Source: Spirochaetia bacterium
GTDB taxonomy: Bacteria; Spirochaetota; Spirochaetia; SZUA-6; Bin103
Length of the DNA: 64,000 bases
Direction: 5' to 3'
Assembly (NCBI GenBank): GCA_965199955.1
Contig: CBDATQ010000001.1
Coordinates: 96,001 to 160,000 of the forward strand
Positions 32,505 through 41,966 of the stretch are shown here, one piece after another (position 1 is the first letter of the stretch; the number at the start of each line of letters is the position of its first letter). The position numbers and the translations under genes are program-made. A model generated the notes under the pieces. That model saw nothing but the letters and a program-made list of their open reading frames with translations, ran no database searches and was not told the origin of the DNA.

Positions 32505-32534
32505 TTGACAGAAACGGCGCGGCGTCCCTATAGT
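32505..32534 (+). promoter_or_regulatory. sigma70 promoter of the tRNA cluster
   Basis: TTGACA-18nt-TATAGT. Confidence 0.75.
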
Positions 32535-32557
32535 CGGGTCTTCGGTTCCCGAGAATC

Positions 32558-32643
32558 GGAGAGGTGTCCGAGTGGTCGAAGGAGACGGTCTTGAAAACCG
32601 TTGAGCCCTTGCGGCTCCGTGGGTTCGAATCCCACCCTCTCCG
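32558..32643 (+). tRNA. tRNA-Ser(TGA)
   Basis: Cloverleaf, anticodon loop CTTGAAA, long variable arm. Confidence 0.96.
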
Positions 32644-32668
32644 CACAGCGGCTGACGGGCAGCCGCCG

Positions 32669-32754
<86 letters not shown>

Positions 32755-32764
32755 GACAGACTGA

Positions 32765-32838
32765 GTGCCCATAGCTCAGCTGGATAGAGCGCTAGATTGC
32801 GGATCTAGAGGTCGGAGGTTCGAGTCCTCTTGGGCACG
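32765..32838 (+). tRNA. tRNA-Arg(GCG)
   Basis: Anticodon stem-loop CTAGA TTGCGGA TCTAG. Confidence 0.95.
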
Positions 32839-32842
32839 GAAC

Positions 32843-32931
32843 GGAGAGATGCGAGAGCGGTTGAATCGGGCGGACTCGAAATCCGTTGAGCCGCTGCGGT
32901 GGCTCCGTGGGTTCGAATCCCACTCTCTCCG
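32843..32931 (+). tRNA. tRNA-Ser(CGA)
   Basis: Anticodon loop CTCGAAA, long variable arm. Confidence 0.96.
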
Positions 32932-32993
32932 CACGGGCGGCGGGCGCTGCACGGGTGGCACCCGCCGCTCTGGCCGTACGTGACCGATGGCCG

Positions 32994-33082
32994 GGAGAGA
33001 TGACCGAGAGGCCGAAGGTGCACGCTTGGAAAGCGTGTGTGCCCTTACCCGGGCACCGTGGGTTCGAATCCCACTCTCTCCG
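32994..33082 (+). tRNA. tRNA-Ser(GGA)
   Basis: Anticodon loop TTGGAAA, long variable arm. Confidence 0.96.
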
Positions 33083-33094
33083 TTCGCCGATGGC

Positions 33095-33221
33095 GGCCCC
33101 TCGGGTACGCAGGTCGGGCACTGTGCTACGGGTCGCCGCCCAACCCCGTCAGGACCGGAAGGTAGCAGCGGTAAGCGAACGACTCGGGAGCCGCAGGACG
33201 CTTGGTCTCGCCCGAGGGGCC
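33095..33221 (+). ncRNA. ffs: Signal recognition particle RNA (small bacterial type)
   Basis: Domain IV signature TCAGGACCGGAAGGTAGCAGC; closing stem GGCCCCTCGGG/CCCGAGGGGCC; upstream of dnaX. Confidence 0.92.
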
Positions 33222-33270
33222 TTTCTTCACCATGGGTCCCCGACCGGCAAATGGACTTGGCGTTCTGACG

Positions 33271-34902
33271 ATGGCCTACGAAGTCACCGCCGCCCGGCGC
33301 CGGCCGCAGATATTCACCGAGCTGGTGGGGCAGGAGTACGTCGTGCAGACGCTGCAGAACGAGCTGCGCTCGGGCAACGTCGCGCAGGCGTTTCTGTTCT
33401 CCGGCCCGCGGGGTGTCGGCAAGACCTCCGCGGCCCGCATCCTGGCCAAGGCGCTGAACTGCGAGCAGGGGCCGACCGATACGCCGTGCGGAACCTGCGG
33501 CCCGTGCATGGAGATCGCGCGGGCGCAGTCCCTGGACGTGGTGGAGATCGACGGCGCCTCCCACACGGGGGTGGACGACGTCCGTGAGCTGCGCGATCAG
33601 GTCGTGTTTCCGCCGAGCTCGGCCCGCACCAGGGTGTACATCATCGACGAGGTGCACATGTTGTCGACCTCGGCCTTCAACGCCTTGTTGAAGACGATCG
33701 AGGAGCCTCCCCCCTATGTCACCTTCGTGTTCGCCACCACCGAGCCGCACAAGGTGCCCGCCACGGTTCGTTCGCGCTGCCAGCACTTCGCGTTCAGCCT
33801 GATCGGGCACGAACGCATCGCCGGCTGCCTGCGCGACGCCGCGGCCGAGCTGGGCGCGCAGGTGGCCGATGACGCCCTGCACTGGATCGCGCGCCAGTCG
33901 GCGGGGTCCTTGCGCGACGCGTTCATGATCCTGGACCAGGTGATCGCCGGCGCCCGCGGCGACGGTCAAGCCACCGTGACCCTGGAAGGGTTGCGCGACA
34001 GCATCGGCCTGTTGGGGTTCGACGATCTGAACGGCGTCGCTCAGGCGGTCGCCGCGCGCGACGTACCGGGGACGCTCACCGCCTTCGACCGGGCCCTGGG
34101 CAGGGGCGTGGCGGTGGACCATTTCCTGGCGGAGCTGGTCGAGTACTTCCGTAGCGTGCTGTTCCTCAAGCACGGCCTGAACCGCGATGCCTGGCTGTCC
34201 GCTCCCGCCGACGCGTTTCCGCGCGGCGTTCTGGATGCGATCCGCGTCGAGCAGGCCGAGAAGGCGGTCGAGCTGCTGCTCGCCGCGCAGCGCAACCTCA
34301 AGGGCGCGCTGAACGAGCGCTGCGAGGTGGAGTTGGCGCTCAGCCGCCTGGCCGAGCTCGACCGCCTGATCACGCCGGCCGAGGTCCTGGAGCGTCTGCG
34401 CGAGCTGCAGGCGGCCGTCGGCGCGCCGGCACCGGGGGGGCCGACACCGCTCGCCCCGGCTCGGTCACCCGCTTCCGCACCTGCTGCGCCGGCCGGGGAA
34501 CCGGCTCCGGCAGCCGATGCCGCGACCGGCTCGGACGCATCGGGCGAGCCGGCCCGCACGGTCGCATCCGGAGAGCCGACCACGGCGGCTCGGCAGCCGA
34601 TCGCCGCCCTGCGCCAACGCAGGCCGCCGGTCGCGTCGGCGCTGGAGCGGGCGGAATCGGTCGAGCTCCACCGAGAGGAGTTGCGCGTACGCTTCGCGAA
34701 GGGAGACCGCTACCCGGCGGACACGGTCCGGGAGCACGCCGCGGAGGTCGCGGCGGCATACGGACTCGCCGGGCCGGGCACAATCAGCGTACAACTCGGT
34801 TCAGGCGAGGACGCCCCTGACAATCACGAAGGGGCGGCAGCGCCGGGCGCGGAGATGATCAGAAGCATCTTTCGGGGCGAGATCGTGCAGGGTGGAGGCT
34901 GA
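33271..34902 (+). CDS. dnaX: DNA polymerase III gamma/tau
   Basis: RRRPQIF, GPRGVGKT, IDEVHML, SRCQ. Confidence 0.96.
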   Translation: MAYEVTAARRRPQIFTELVGQEYVVQTLQNELRSGNVAQAFLFSGPRGVGKTSAARILAKALNCEQGPTDTPCGTCGPCMEIARAQSLDVVEIDGASHTGVDDVRELRDQVVFPPSSARTRVYIIDEVHMLSTSAFNALLKTIEEPPPYVTFVFATTEPHKVPATVRSRCQHFAFSLIGHERIAGCLRDAAAELGAQVADDALHWIARQSAGSLRDAFMILDQVIAGARGDGQATVTLEGLRDSIGLLGFDDLNGVAQAVAARDVPGTLTAFDRALGRGVAVDHFLAELVEYFRSVLFLKHGLNRDAWLSAPADAFPRGVLDAIRVEQAEKAVELLLAAQRNLKGALNERCEVELALSRLAELDRLITPAEVLERLRELQAAVGAPAPGGPTPLAPARSPASAPAAPAGEPAPAADAATGSDASGEPARTVASGEPTTAARQPIAALRQRRPPVASALERAESVELHREELRVRFAKGDRYPADTVREHAAEVAAAYGLAGPGTISVQLGSGEDAPDNHEGAAAPGAEMIRSIFRGEIVQGGG

Positions 34903-34909
34903 GGCGGGC

Positions 34910-35224
34910 ATGGCGAACAACCCGTTCGACTTGTTCAAGATGATCCAGGGCATGCAGAAGCAGATGGCGGAGGTGCAGGGCAAGCTGGCCGACGTCCGCG
35001 TCACCGGTACGGCTGGCGGCGACATGGTGCAGGTGGAGGTCACCGGCAACCTGGAGGTGGTGAAGGTGACGCTGGACCCGATCGTGGTCGATCCCGAGGA
35101 GCGTTCGGTGCTGGAGGACCTGATCACGGCGGCGATGGGCGATGCCCTGCGCAAGGTTCGCGAGGAGCTCAAGCAGCAGGTCGGCGGCGGGCTGAACCTT
35201 CCACCCGGGTTTCCCGGCGCCTGA
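34910..35224 (+). CDS. ybaB: YbaB/EbfC nucleoid-associated protein
   Basis: GTAGGDMVQV...LEDLITAA; dnaX-ybaB-recR synteny. Confidence 0.93.
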   Translation: MANNPFDLFKMIQGMQKQMAEVQGKLADVRVTGTAGGDMVQVEVTGNLEVVKVTLDPIVVDPEERSVLEDLITAAMGDALRKVREELKQQVGGGLNLPPGFPGA

Positions 35225-35234
35225 CCGCACTCGA

Positions 35235-35840
35235 ATGCAGACCCTGGACCGACTCGTACACGGGTTCTCCCGCCTGCCCGGTCTGGGCCGCAAGAGCGCC
35301 GAGCGGCTGGTCTACTTCCTCCTCGGAGCCAAGGACGAGTTCGTGGAGTCGCTGGCCCGCGACCTGATCGCCCTCAAGCGCAACACCCGCCCCTGTAGCC
35401 GCTGCGGCGTGTATGCGGAAGCAGACCTGTGCGCCTACTGCTCGGATCCCACGCGGGAGACCGACACGCTCTGCGTGGTGGAAGAGTCACGGGACGTCAT
35501 CACCATCGAGTCCACGCAGACCTTCCGCGGGCTGTACCACGTACTGGGCGGAGCGATATCACCGGTGGACGGCATCAGGCCGGCGGACCTGACCATCGAC
35601 GCCCTGATAGGCCGCGTGCGCGACTCCCCCGTGCGCGAGGTGATCCTGGCTACCAACCCCACGGTCGAGGGGGAGACCACCGCGCTGTACCTGCGCGACC
35701 GCCTCCTGCAGCGGGCCGGCGGGCCTGGCGCCGAGCTGACCGTCACCCAGCTCGCCCTGGGCCTGCCGGTCGGCGGCGACCTGGAGTACGCGGACCGCCT
35801 CACCCTGGCGCGCGCCCTGAACGGCCGCACGGCGGTGTGA
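35235..35840 (+). CDS. recR: Recombination mediator RecR
   Basis: LPGLGRKSAER, CSRC...CAYC, ATNPTVEGETTA. Confidence 0.96.
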   Translation: MQTLDRLVHGFSRLPGLGRKSAERLVYFLLGAKDEFVESLARDLIALKRNTRPCSRCGVYAEADLCAYCSDPTRETDTLCVVEESRDVITIESTQTFRGLYHVLGGAISPVDGIRPADLTIDALIGRVRDSPVREVILATNPTVEGETTALYLRDRLLQRAGGPGAELTVTQLALGLPVGGDLEYADRLTLARALNGRTAV

Positions 35841-35897
35841 CGTGGAGGTGAGGATCTCCGGCGCGGAGCTCCCATAGTCAGACTTGTCGACCAGGCC

Positions 35898-37319
35898 CTA
35901 TATCTTGTCGACCAGGATGGCGCACTTGCCCGAGGGAATGGGCAAGGTCTTGCGGCGGCGCCCCAGCACGTGGATCGCCAGGTAGTAGAGCTTCTCGGAC
36001 TCCAGGCGCACCTCCCAGCCGCGGTCCGAGTTGTGGGTCCGGATGGAGACCAGGTTGCGCTTCAGGGTCAGGTTCTCGATCCCCATGCCCTCCAGCGCCG
36101 GCAGCGTCCAGTCCACGGTCTTGCGGGGGAGGGAGATCGAGAGCCCCAGCACGTTCTCGATCACCAGCGCCACCGTGGAAAGCGCGACGAACGGCAGGTA
36201 GGACTTGCGGGGAAAACCGCCCTTGCCGTGCCACTTGGCCGCCGACTCGTGCTCCGGGGCGTAGGCGTCCCACAAGTCGCCCACGCCCCGTTCCGGGACC
36301 AGAACGTCGTGCATGGCGAACAGGTGGCGCAACGCGAACTCCCTCGCCATGCCGATTTGCCCGTAGCGCTCCAGCCCCTTGATGATCGCGTAGTTCACGT
36401 ACGGCAGCACCGACCCCCGGTAGCCGCCGCCGTACGGGTCGTACAGCGCTTCCTCGGCAGCCAGGCTCGGGAACGGGTGGCTGCGGCCGAAGGTCCGCGG
36501 GTTGGTCAGGTGGCCGATCAGCCGGCGCGCCTTGTCCTCGCTCGGAATCTCGGCCAACAGCGTCCAGAAGGCCGCGATCGTCTTGACCTTGATCTGCTGG
36601 CTGTAGCGGTCGAGGTCGTAGTAGATCGAGTCCTCGTCGCTCCACATGTGCGACTGCATGCGCGTCTTCAGGGCGAAGTACTCGCGCTTGTAGCGAAAGG
36701 CGACTTCCTTGTCATTGAGGGCGTCGGCGATCGTCGAGATGAACGACGCGCTGGCCGCCTGCTGGGCGTTGAAGTCCACCGGATAGGCGATGCGGTCGCG
36801 GGGGCTGTTTCCCATGCCCAGCGCCTGGCGCGGAACCGCCAGCAGGCCGTTGTCCCGCCGAAAACTGGTCTGGATCCACTGGTAATAGCGTTCCAGAATC
36901 GGCAGCACCTCGCGCAGGCGTCGCTTGGAGCCCAGGCGGTGGTACAGGTTGTACTCCGCCCACGCGAACAGCGGCGCCTGCACGCCGTGCGGGTTCGCCT
37001 TGATCAGGAATGGCTGCCCGTCCAGCAGGCTGTATTCGCCGTGAATCGCCCCGCACGGCTGCTGCTTGGCGTAGAAGGCGTCGAGCTGCGCCTCCACCGG
37101 AAACTCCCGGTTCGAGTACACGAGCGAGAACGTGGAGCAGCAGGCGGCCACCTGGTTCACGCGATCCTGCGCAGGATCGCAGAATACCCGATCGAAACCG
37201 CTTCCCGGCTCGCCCCGGCGCCAATAGCCGGGCATCAGCTCCCAGGTGGCGTCGAACAGGTCGACGAGCGCCTGGTGGTCGTGGACGAGGCGGGGAAGCT
37301 CCTCCCGCGTGGTGTCCAC
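35898..37319 (-). CDS. GH63/trehalase-like (alpha/alpha)6 glycoside hydrolase homolog (start uncertain)
   Basis: PLFAWAEY, GMGNSPR, VDFNAQQA, MWSDEDSIYYD, GGYRGSV. Confidence 0.72.
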   Translation of the reverse strand: MDTTREELPRLVHDHQALVDLFDATWELMPGYWRRGEPGSGFDRVFCDPAQDRVNQVAACCSTFSLVYSNREFPVEAQLDAFYAKQQPCGAIHGEYSLLDGQPFLIKANPHGVQAPLFAWAEYNLYHRLGSKRRLREVLPILERYYQWIQTSFRRDNGLLAVPRQALGMGNSPRDRIAYPVDFNAQQAASASFISTIADALNDKEVAFRYKREYFALKTRMQSHMWSDEDSIYYDLDRYSQQIKVKTIAAFWTLLAEIPSEDKARRLIGHLTNPRTFGRSHPFPSLAAEEALYDPYGGGYRGSVLPYVNYAIIKGLERYGQIGMAREFALRHLFAMHDVLVPERGVGDLWDAYAPEHESAAKWHGKGGFPRKSYLPFVALSTVALVIENVLGLSISLPRKTVDWTLPALEGMGIENLTLKRNLVSIRTHNSDRGWEVRLESEKLYYLAIHVLGRRRKTLPIPSGKCAILVDKI

Positions 37320-37497
37320 GACCGGTGCCTGCTGCGGAACTGCTACGTTGGAGATGACTGGTGCCTGCAAGAGAGAAGTGCGGGAAGCGTGAACCGCAAT
37401 CATAGCACGGGCCGCCGTTTCGATGTCAAAGCGGAGCAGGCCCGTGGGCACGTACGCAACTATTGACAGGGGCAGGGAATGGTGCTTGACTCGATCG

Positions 37498-37785
37498 GTG
37501 GGTCAGACAGCGCCCGGTACTCTCGAAGCGACTGCCGCCATGGCCAGACTGCGGCTCGGCGCGCACGAGAGTGCCCGGCTCGAGGCGGAGTTGTCCCGCA
37601 TCGTCGACTACTTCGCGCTGCTTGCGGAGGCCGACGTCGACGACCTGCGGCCGACGACCCATCCGCTGCTGACCGGATCCCGATTGCGCGACGATGAAGT
37701 CTCCGACCTGCCCACCTCATACGACCCGGTCCGGGCGGCTCCGGACCGCGACGAACGGTTCATCGTCGTTCCGAACGTCCTGTAA
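37498..37785 (+). CDS. gatC: Asp/Glu-tRNA amidotransferase subunit C
   Basis: MARLRL...LRDDE...FIVVPNVL; precedes gatAB. Confidence 0.9.
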   Translation: MGQTAPGTLEATAAMARLRLGAHESARLEAELSRIVDYFALLAEADVDDLRPTTHPLLTGSRLRDDEVSDLPTSYDPVRAAPDRDERFIVVPNVL

Positions 37786-37804
37786 CATTCGAAGTGAGGG
37801 ACGA

Positions 37805-39187
37805 ATGGCGGAGGTTTCGCGCTGGCGCGCGGTGTTCACGGATGAGAGCGGACGGAGCCGCTGGCTGGCATACGCCCGCGGCTGGAACGAGCGGATCAAC
37901 GCCTTCGTGTCCTTCGCGGACGCCGACGACGGCGCGGACGGTGGCGCGGACGGACCCCTTGTCGGCATGCCGTGCGCGATCAAGGACAACATCGCGGTAG
38001 CCGGCCAGCCGCTGAGCTGCGGCTCGGCGCTGCTCGGCGCGCACGTGGCCCCGTTCAGCGCCACCTGTGTTCGGCGTCTGCAGCGCGCCGGCGCGATCGT
38101 GGTCGGCAAGACCAATCTGGACGAGTTCGGCATGGGCTCCGACACGCAGGCGTCCGTGCATGGCGGCTGCGCCAACCCCTGGGACGCCGAACTGGTGCCC
38201 GGCGGTTCCAGCGGCGGATCGGCGGCCGCGGTTGCGGCCGGCATCGTGCCGTTCGCGCTGGGATCGGACACCGGCGGTTCGGTCCGGCAGCCGGCCTCCT
38301 TCTGTGGCGTGTTCGGGCTCAAGCCCACCTACGGCGTGGTTTCGCGGTTCGGGCTGGTCTCGTACGCCTCGTCACTGGAGGTGATCGGCATCATCGCCGA
38401 GACGCCTGCGCTGTGCGGCGAGGTGCTGGAGGTGATCGCCGGCGTGGACGAGCACGACCAGTCAACGGTCTCGGGCTCGCCCGACCGGGACGAGGTGCGT
38501 ACGATCGGCGTGCCGCGCGCGTGCCGGGAGGAGCTGCGCGATCCGCAGGTGCGCACGGCGCTCGACGCCACCGTCGAACAGCTCGGCGAGTTGGGGTACC
38601 GCGTCGTGGATGTTGACCTTACCACGCTGCGCTACGCGGCCGCCGCCTACTACGTGATCTCGTGCGCGGAGGCCAGCGCCAACCTGGCCCGCTTCGACGG
38701 CGTTCGCTACGGGGCGCGCGCCGCCGCCGAGACGGCGGACGAGACGATCATCGCCTCCCGTTCCGAGGGATTCGGGGACGAGGTCAAGCTCCGCGTCCTG
38801 GCCGGCACCTACGTGCTGCGCTCCGGCTTCCACGACCGCTACTACCTGCGCGCGCAGCGCGTGCGCACGGCGCTGCGCGACGAGTTGGCCGGCCTGTTCG
38901 GTCAGGTCGACCTGCTGCTCATGCCGGTCTACCCGGTGCCGCCGTTCGCGCGCGGCAGCGCCCGCCTGGATCCGTTCGAGCAGAAGGTCGCCGACCTGTA
39001 CACGACCGTCGCCAACCTGGCCGGCGCTCCGGCGGTGAGCTTCCCGACGCCGCAGCCGCGGGTGCCGATAGGGATGCAGTTGATCGGACCCAATTTCGGG
39101 GAGCGGCTGCTGCTGGACGTGGCGGCCAGGTATGCGGCGGCGCATGCGCCCGCCCGGCCGCAGGGATACTCGGAGGACTGGCGATGA
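37805..39187 (+). CDS. gatA: Asp/Glu-tRNA amidotransferase subunit A
   Basis: IKDN, GGSSGGS, GSDTGGSVRQP, RFDGVRYG. Confidence 0.95.
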   Translation: MAEVSRWRAVFTDESGRSRWLAYARGWNERINAFVSFADADDGADGGADGPLVGMPCAIKDNIAVAGQPLSCGSALLGAHVAPFSATCVRRLQRAGAIVVGKTNLDEFGMGSDTQASVHGGCANPWDAELVPGGSSGGSAAAVAAGIVPFALGSDTGGSVRQPASFCGVFGLKPTYGVVSRFGLVSYASSLEVIGIIAETPALCGEVLEVIAGVDEHDQSTVSGSPDRDEVRTIGVPRACREELRDPQVRTALDATVEQLGELGYRVVDVDLTTLRYAAAAYYVISCAEASANLARFDGVRYGARAAAETADETIIASRSEGFGDEVKLRVLAGTYVLRSGFHDRYYLRAQRVRTALRDELAGLFGQVDLLLMPVYPVPPFARGSARLDPFEQKVADLYTTVANLAGAPAVSFPTPQPRVPIGMQLIGPNFGERLLLDVAARYAAAHAPARPQGYSEDWR

Positions 39188-40629
39188 GCGGCGCCCACAC
39201 CGAACGGGGCGCGTTCGATACGTTCGTGGGGCTGGAGATCCACATCCAGCTCGACACCCGCACGAAGGTGTTCTGCGGCTGCCCGGTCGCCTTCGGCGGC
39301 GACCCCAACACGCGGGTCTGTCCGATCTGCCTTGGCTTCCCCGGCGTGCTGCCGGCCCTGAATCGGGAGGCAGCGCGCATGGCCTACGTGGTCGCGCAGG
39401 CGGTCGGCTGCATGCTGTCGGCCGAGGCGGTGTTCGAGCGCAAGAACTACTTCTACCCGGACCTTCCCAAGAACTACCAGATCTCCCAGTACGGCGCGCC
39501 GATCGGCGCCGGCGGCTCGCTGACCGCGCCGCTCTCCCCCACCCGGCCGGTGGCGATCCGGGAAGTGCACCTGGAAGAGGACGCCGGCAAGATGATCCAC
39601 GCGGGCGACGTCTCCCTGCTGGACTTCAACCGCACGGGCACACCCCTGGTGGAGATCGTCACCGAGCCGGACCTGCGCTCGGGTGACGAGGCGATCGCCT
39701 TCCTGCAGTACTTCCGGCGCGTGGTCCGCCACCTCGGGGTGTGCGACGGGAACATGGAGGAGGGGTCGCTGCGCTGCGACGCCAACGTCTCGATCAATCA
39801 TGCGGGCGCCGGCCTGGGCAGCAAGGTGGAGATCAAGAACCTCAATTCCTTCAAGTTCGTCGGCCGCGCCATCGAGTTCGAGCTCGACCGCCAACGCCAG
39901 GAGCTCGAGGCCGGACGGAGCGTGCGGGTCGAGACCCGCCAGTGGAACGAGAACCGCGACGTCACCACGCCAATGCGGGTGAAGGAGTCCGACTCCGACT
40001 ACCGCTACTTCCCGGAGCCCGATCTGCCGCCGCTGCGGCCGGACGCGTCGTTCCTGGAATCGGTGGACGCCGCGCAGGTGGAGCTGCCGATGGCACTCCG
40101 CGATCGGTTGGCAACCGATCACGGCCTGTCCGGCGCACAGGCGGAGTTCCTGAGCGAGGAGCGGGCGACCGCCGAGCTGTTCGAGCGGGCGGTCGCCGCC
40201 GGCGCCGATGCCCAGCAGGCAGCCCGCTGGTTGGCGGGCGACGTGCGCCGGCTGCTGAACCGGACCGGCATGGCGATTGCGGACTCGCCGCTGAGCGCCG
40301 GCCGCCTCCGCGAGCTGCTGGAGCTCATCGACTCCGGCGCCATCTCCGGCAAGATCGCGAAGGGAGTGCTGGAGTCCGTGCTGGCCGACGACCTGGACCC
40401 GGCCGACGTGGTCGAGCGGCAGGGCTTGCGGCTGATCGCCGACGAAGCGGAGCTCGATGGGTACGTCGATGCCGCGATCGCGGCGTTCCCGGAGGCGGCC
40501 GCGCAGTTGCGGCAGGGCGACGGGCGGCCTGTCGGCTTCCTGATCGGCGAGGTGATGAAGCGAACCGGCGGACGCGCGGCCCCGGAGCCCCTGCGGCGGA
40601 TGCTGCAGGCCCGCATAGGAGGACAGTGA
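39184..40629 (+). CDS. gatB: Asp/Glu-tRNA amidotransferase subunit B
   Basis: GLEIH, RKNYFYPDLPKNYQISQ, HLEEDAGK, YRYFPEPDL. Confidence 0.97.
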   Translation: MSGAHTERGAFDTFVGLEIHIQLDTRTKVFCGCPVAFGGDPNTRVCPICLGFPGVLPALNREAARMAYVVAQAVGCMLSAEAVFERKNYFYPDLPKNYQISQYGAPIGAGGSLTAPLSPTRPVAIREVHLEEDAGKMIHAGDVSLLDFNRTGTPLVEIVTEPDLRSGDEAIAFLQYFRRVVRHLGVCDGNMEEGSLRCDANVSINHAGAGLGSKVEIKNLNSFKFVGRAIEFELDRQRQELEAGRSVRVETRQWNENRDVTTPMRVKESDSDYRYFPEPDLPPLRPDASFLESVDAAQVELPMALRDRLATDHGLSGAQAEFLSEERATAELFERAVAAGADAQQAARWLAGDVRRLLNRTGMAIADSPLSAGRLRELLELIDSGAISGKIAKGVLESVLADDLDPADVVERQGLRLIADEAELDGYVDAAIAAFPEAAAQLRQGDGRPVGFLIGEVMKRTGGRAAPEPLRRMLQARIGGQ

Positions 40630-41927
40630 TGGCGGACGCCGGCTCGTGGTCCGAACGGACCCTGGTGGCCGATATCGGAGATCGGCGTGGGCGCGAGGTC
40701 GCGGTGGCCGGCTGGGTGCACCGGGTGCGCTCGCTCGGCCGAGTGGCATTCGTGCTGCTGCGCGACCGCTCGGGCATCGCGCAGCTCGTGTTCCCGGGCT
40801 CGTTGGACCTGTCCTCCGAGTCGGTGATCACGGCGACCGGCACGGTGGAGGCCAACGACCGTGCGCCCGGCGGATTCGAGGTGCAGGTCACCGGGCACCG
40901 CGTGTTGTCGACGGCTGCGGCGGACCTGCCGCTGGCGGTCAACGGCCGGCCGGAGAACCTGTCGCTGGACACGCAACTCGACCACCGCATGCTGGCGCTG
41001 CGCATTCCCAAGCTGCTGGACGTGTTCAAGGTGCAGGCGACCATCGTCGAGGGCTTCGCCCGCCATCTGCGCGGTGAGGGTTTCACGGAGATCAAGACCG
41101 CTAAGCTGATCGGCAGTGGCACCGAGGGCGGCACCGGCCTGTTCGCCGTGCGTTACTTCGACCGCGACGTGTTCCTGGCGCAGTCGCCGCAGCTCTACAA
41201 ACAGGCGATGGTCGCCTCCGGCCTGGAGCGGGTGTTCGAGATCGGCCACGCCTACCGGGCGGAGAAGCACGACACTCCCCGCCACCTGAACGAGTACGTG
41301 TCGCTCGACGTGGAGATGGCCTTCATCGACAGCGAGCACGACCTGATGGACCTGGAGCAGCGCATCCTGAAGACCATCTTCGCCGCGATCGCCGAGCGCA
41401 ACGGCCGCGAGCTCGACGCTTGGGGCGCCTCGGTGCCGGCGCCGGAGGCGGTCGACGCGTTGCCGAGACTGAACCACGACCAGGCGCTCGAACTGGCCTC
41501 CGAGCTGCTCGGCCGGCGGGTCTACGAGGTCTCACCGGAGGTGGAGCGCGAGCTCTGCTCCTGGGCGGAGCGCGAGCACGGCACCGACGGCTGCTTCGTG
41601 TACGGCGATCCGCGCCGCAAGCGGCCCTTCTACACGCACCCGGCGCCGGACGGCAAGACCATGTCGTTCGACCTGCTGTTCCGCGGCGTGGAGATCACCA
41701 CCGGCGGCCGGCGCATCGAGCAGCATGACCTGCTGGCCGAGAGCATCGAGGCCGCAGGTCTGCCGGTCGAGTCGCTGGCCGACTACCTGTCGGTATTCCG
41801 CTACGGCTGCCCTCCGCACGGCGGCTTCGCGATCGGCCTGGAGCGCCTTACCCAGAAGGTGCTGGGCCTGGAGAGCGTCAAGGAAGCCGCCCTCTTCCCC
41901 CGCGATCGCAAGCGCACCCGACCGTGA
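40629..41927 (+). CDS. aspS: Aspartate--tRNA(Asp/Asn) ligase, short archaeal-type, non-discriminating
   Basis: 432 aa with no bacterial GAD insertion; GWVH, APGG, LAQSPQLYKQ, YRAE, PPHGGFAIGLER. Confidence 0.93.
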   Translation: MADAGSWSERTLVADIGDRRGREVAVAGWVHRVRSLGRVAFVLLRDRSGIAQLVFPGSLDLSSESVITATGTVEANDRAPGGFEVQVTGHRVLSTAAADLPLAVNGRPENLSLDTQLDHRMLALRIPKLLDVFKVQATIVEGFARHLRGEGFTEIKTAKLIGSGTEGGTGLFAVRYFDRDVFLAQSPQLYKQAMVASGLERVFEIGHAYRAEKHDTPRHLNEYVSLDVEMAFIDSEHDLMDLEQRILKTIFAAIAERNGRELDAWGASVPAPEAVDALPRLNHDQALELASELLGRRVYEVSPEVERELCSWAEREHGTDGCFVYGDPRRKRPFYTHPAPDGKTMSFDLLFRGVEITTGGRRIEQHDLLAESIEAAGLPVESLADYLSVFRYGCPPHGGFAIGLERLTQKVLGLESVKEAALFPRDRKRTRP

Positions 41928-41966
41928 CAAGGGCGGCCGCCGCTGACGACGCGGCGGGTTCTCCGA

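Noticed and set aside
34420..34600. Ala/Pro-rich low-complexity stretch in dnaX
   Set aside because: Ordinary flexible linker of the tau subunit
33271..34902. Programmed frameshift in dnaX
   Set aside because: No A-AAA-AAG or poly-A slippery site seen
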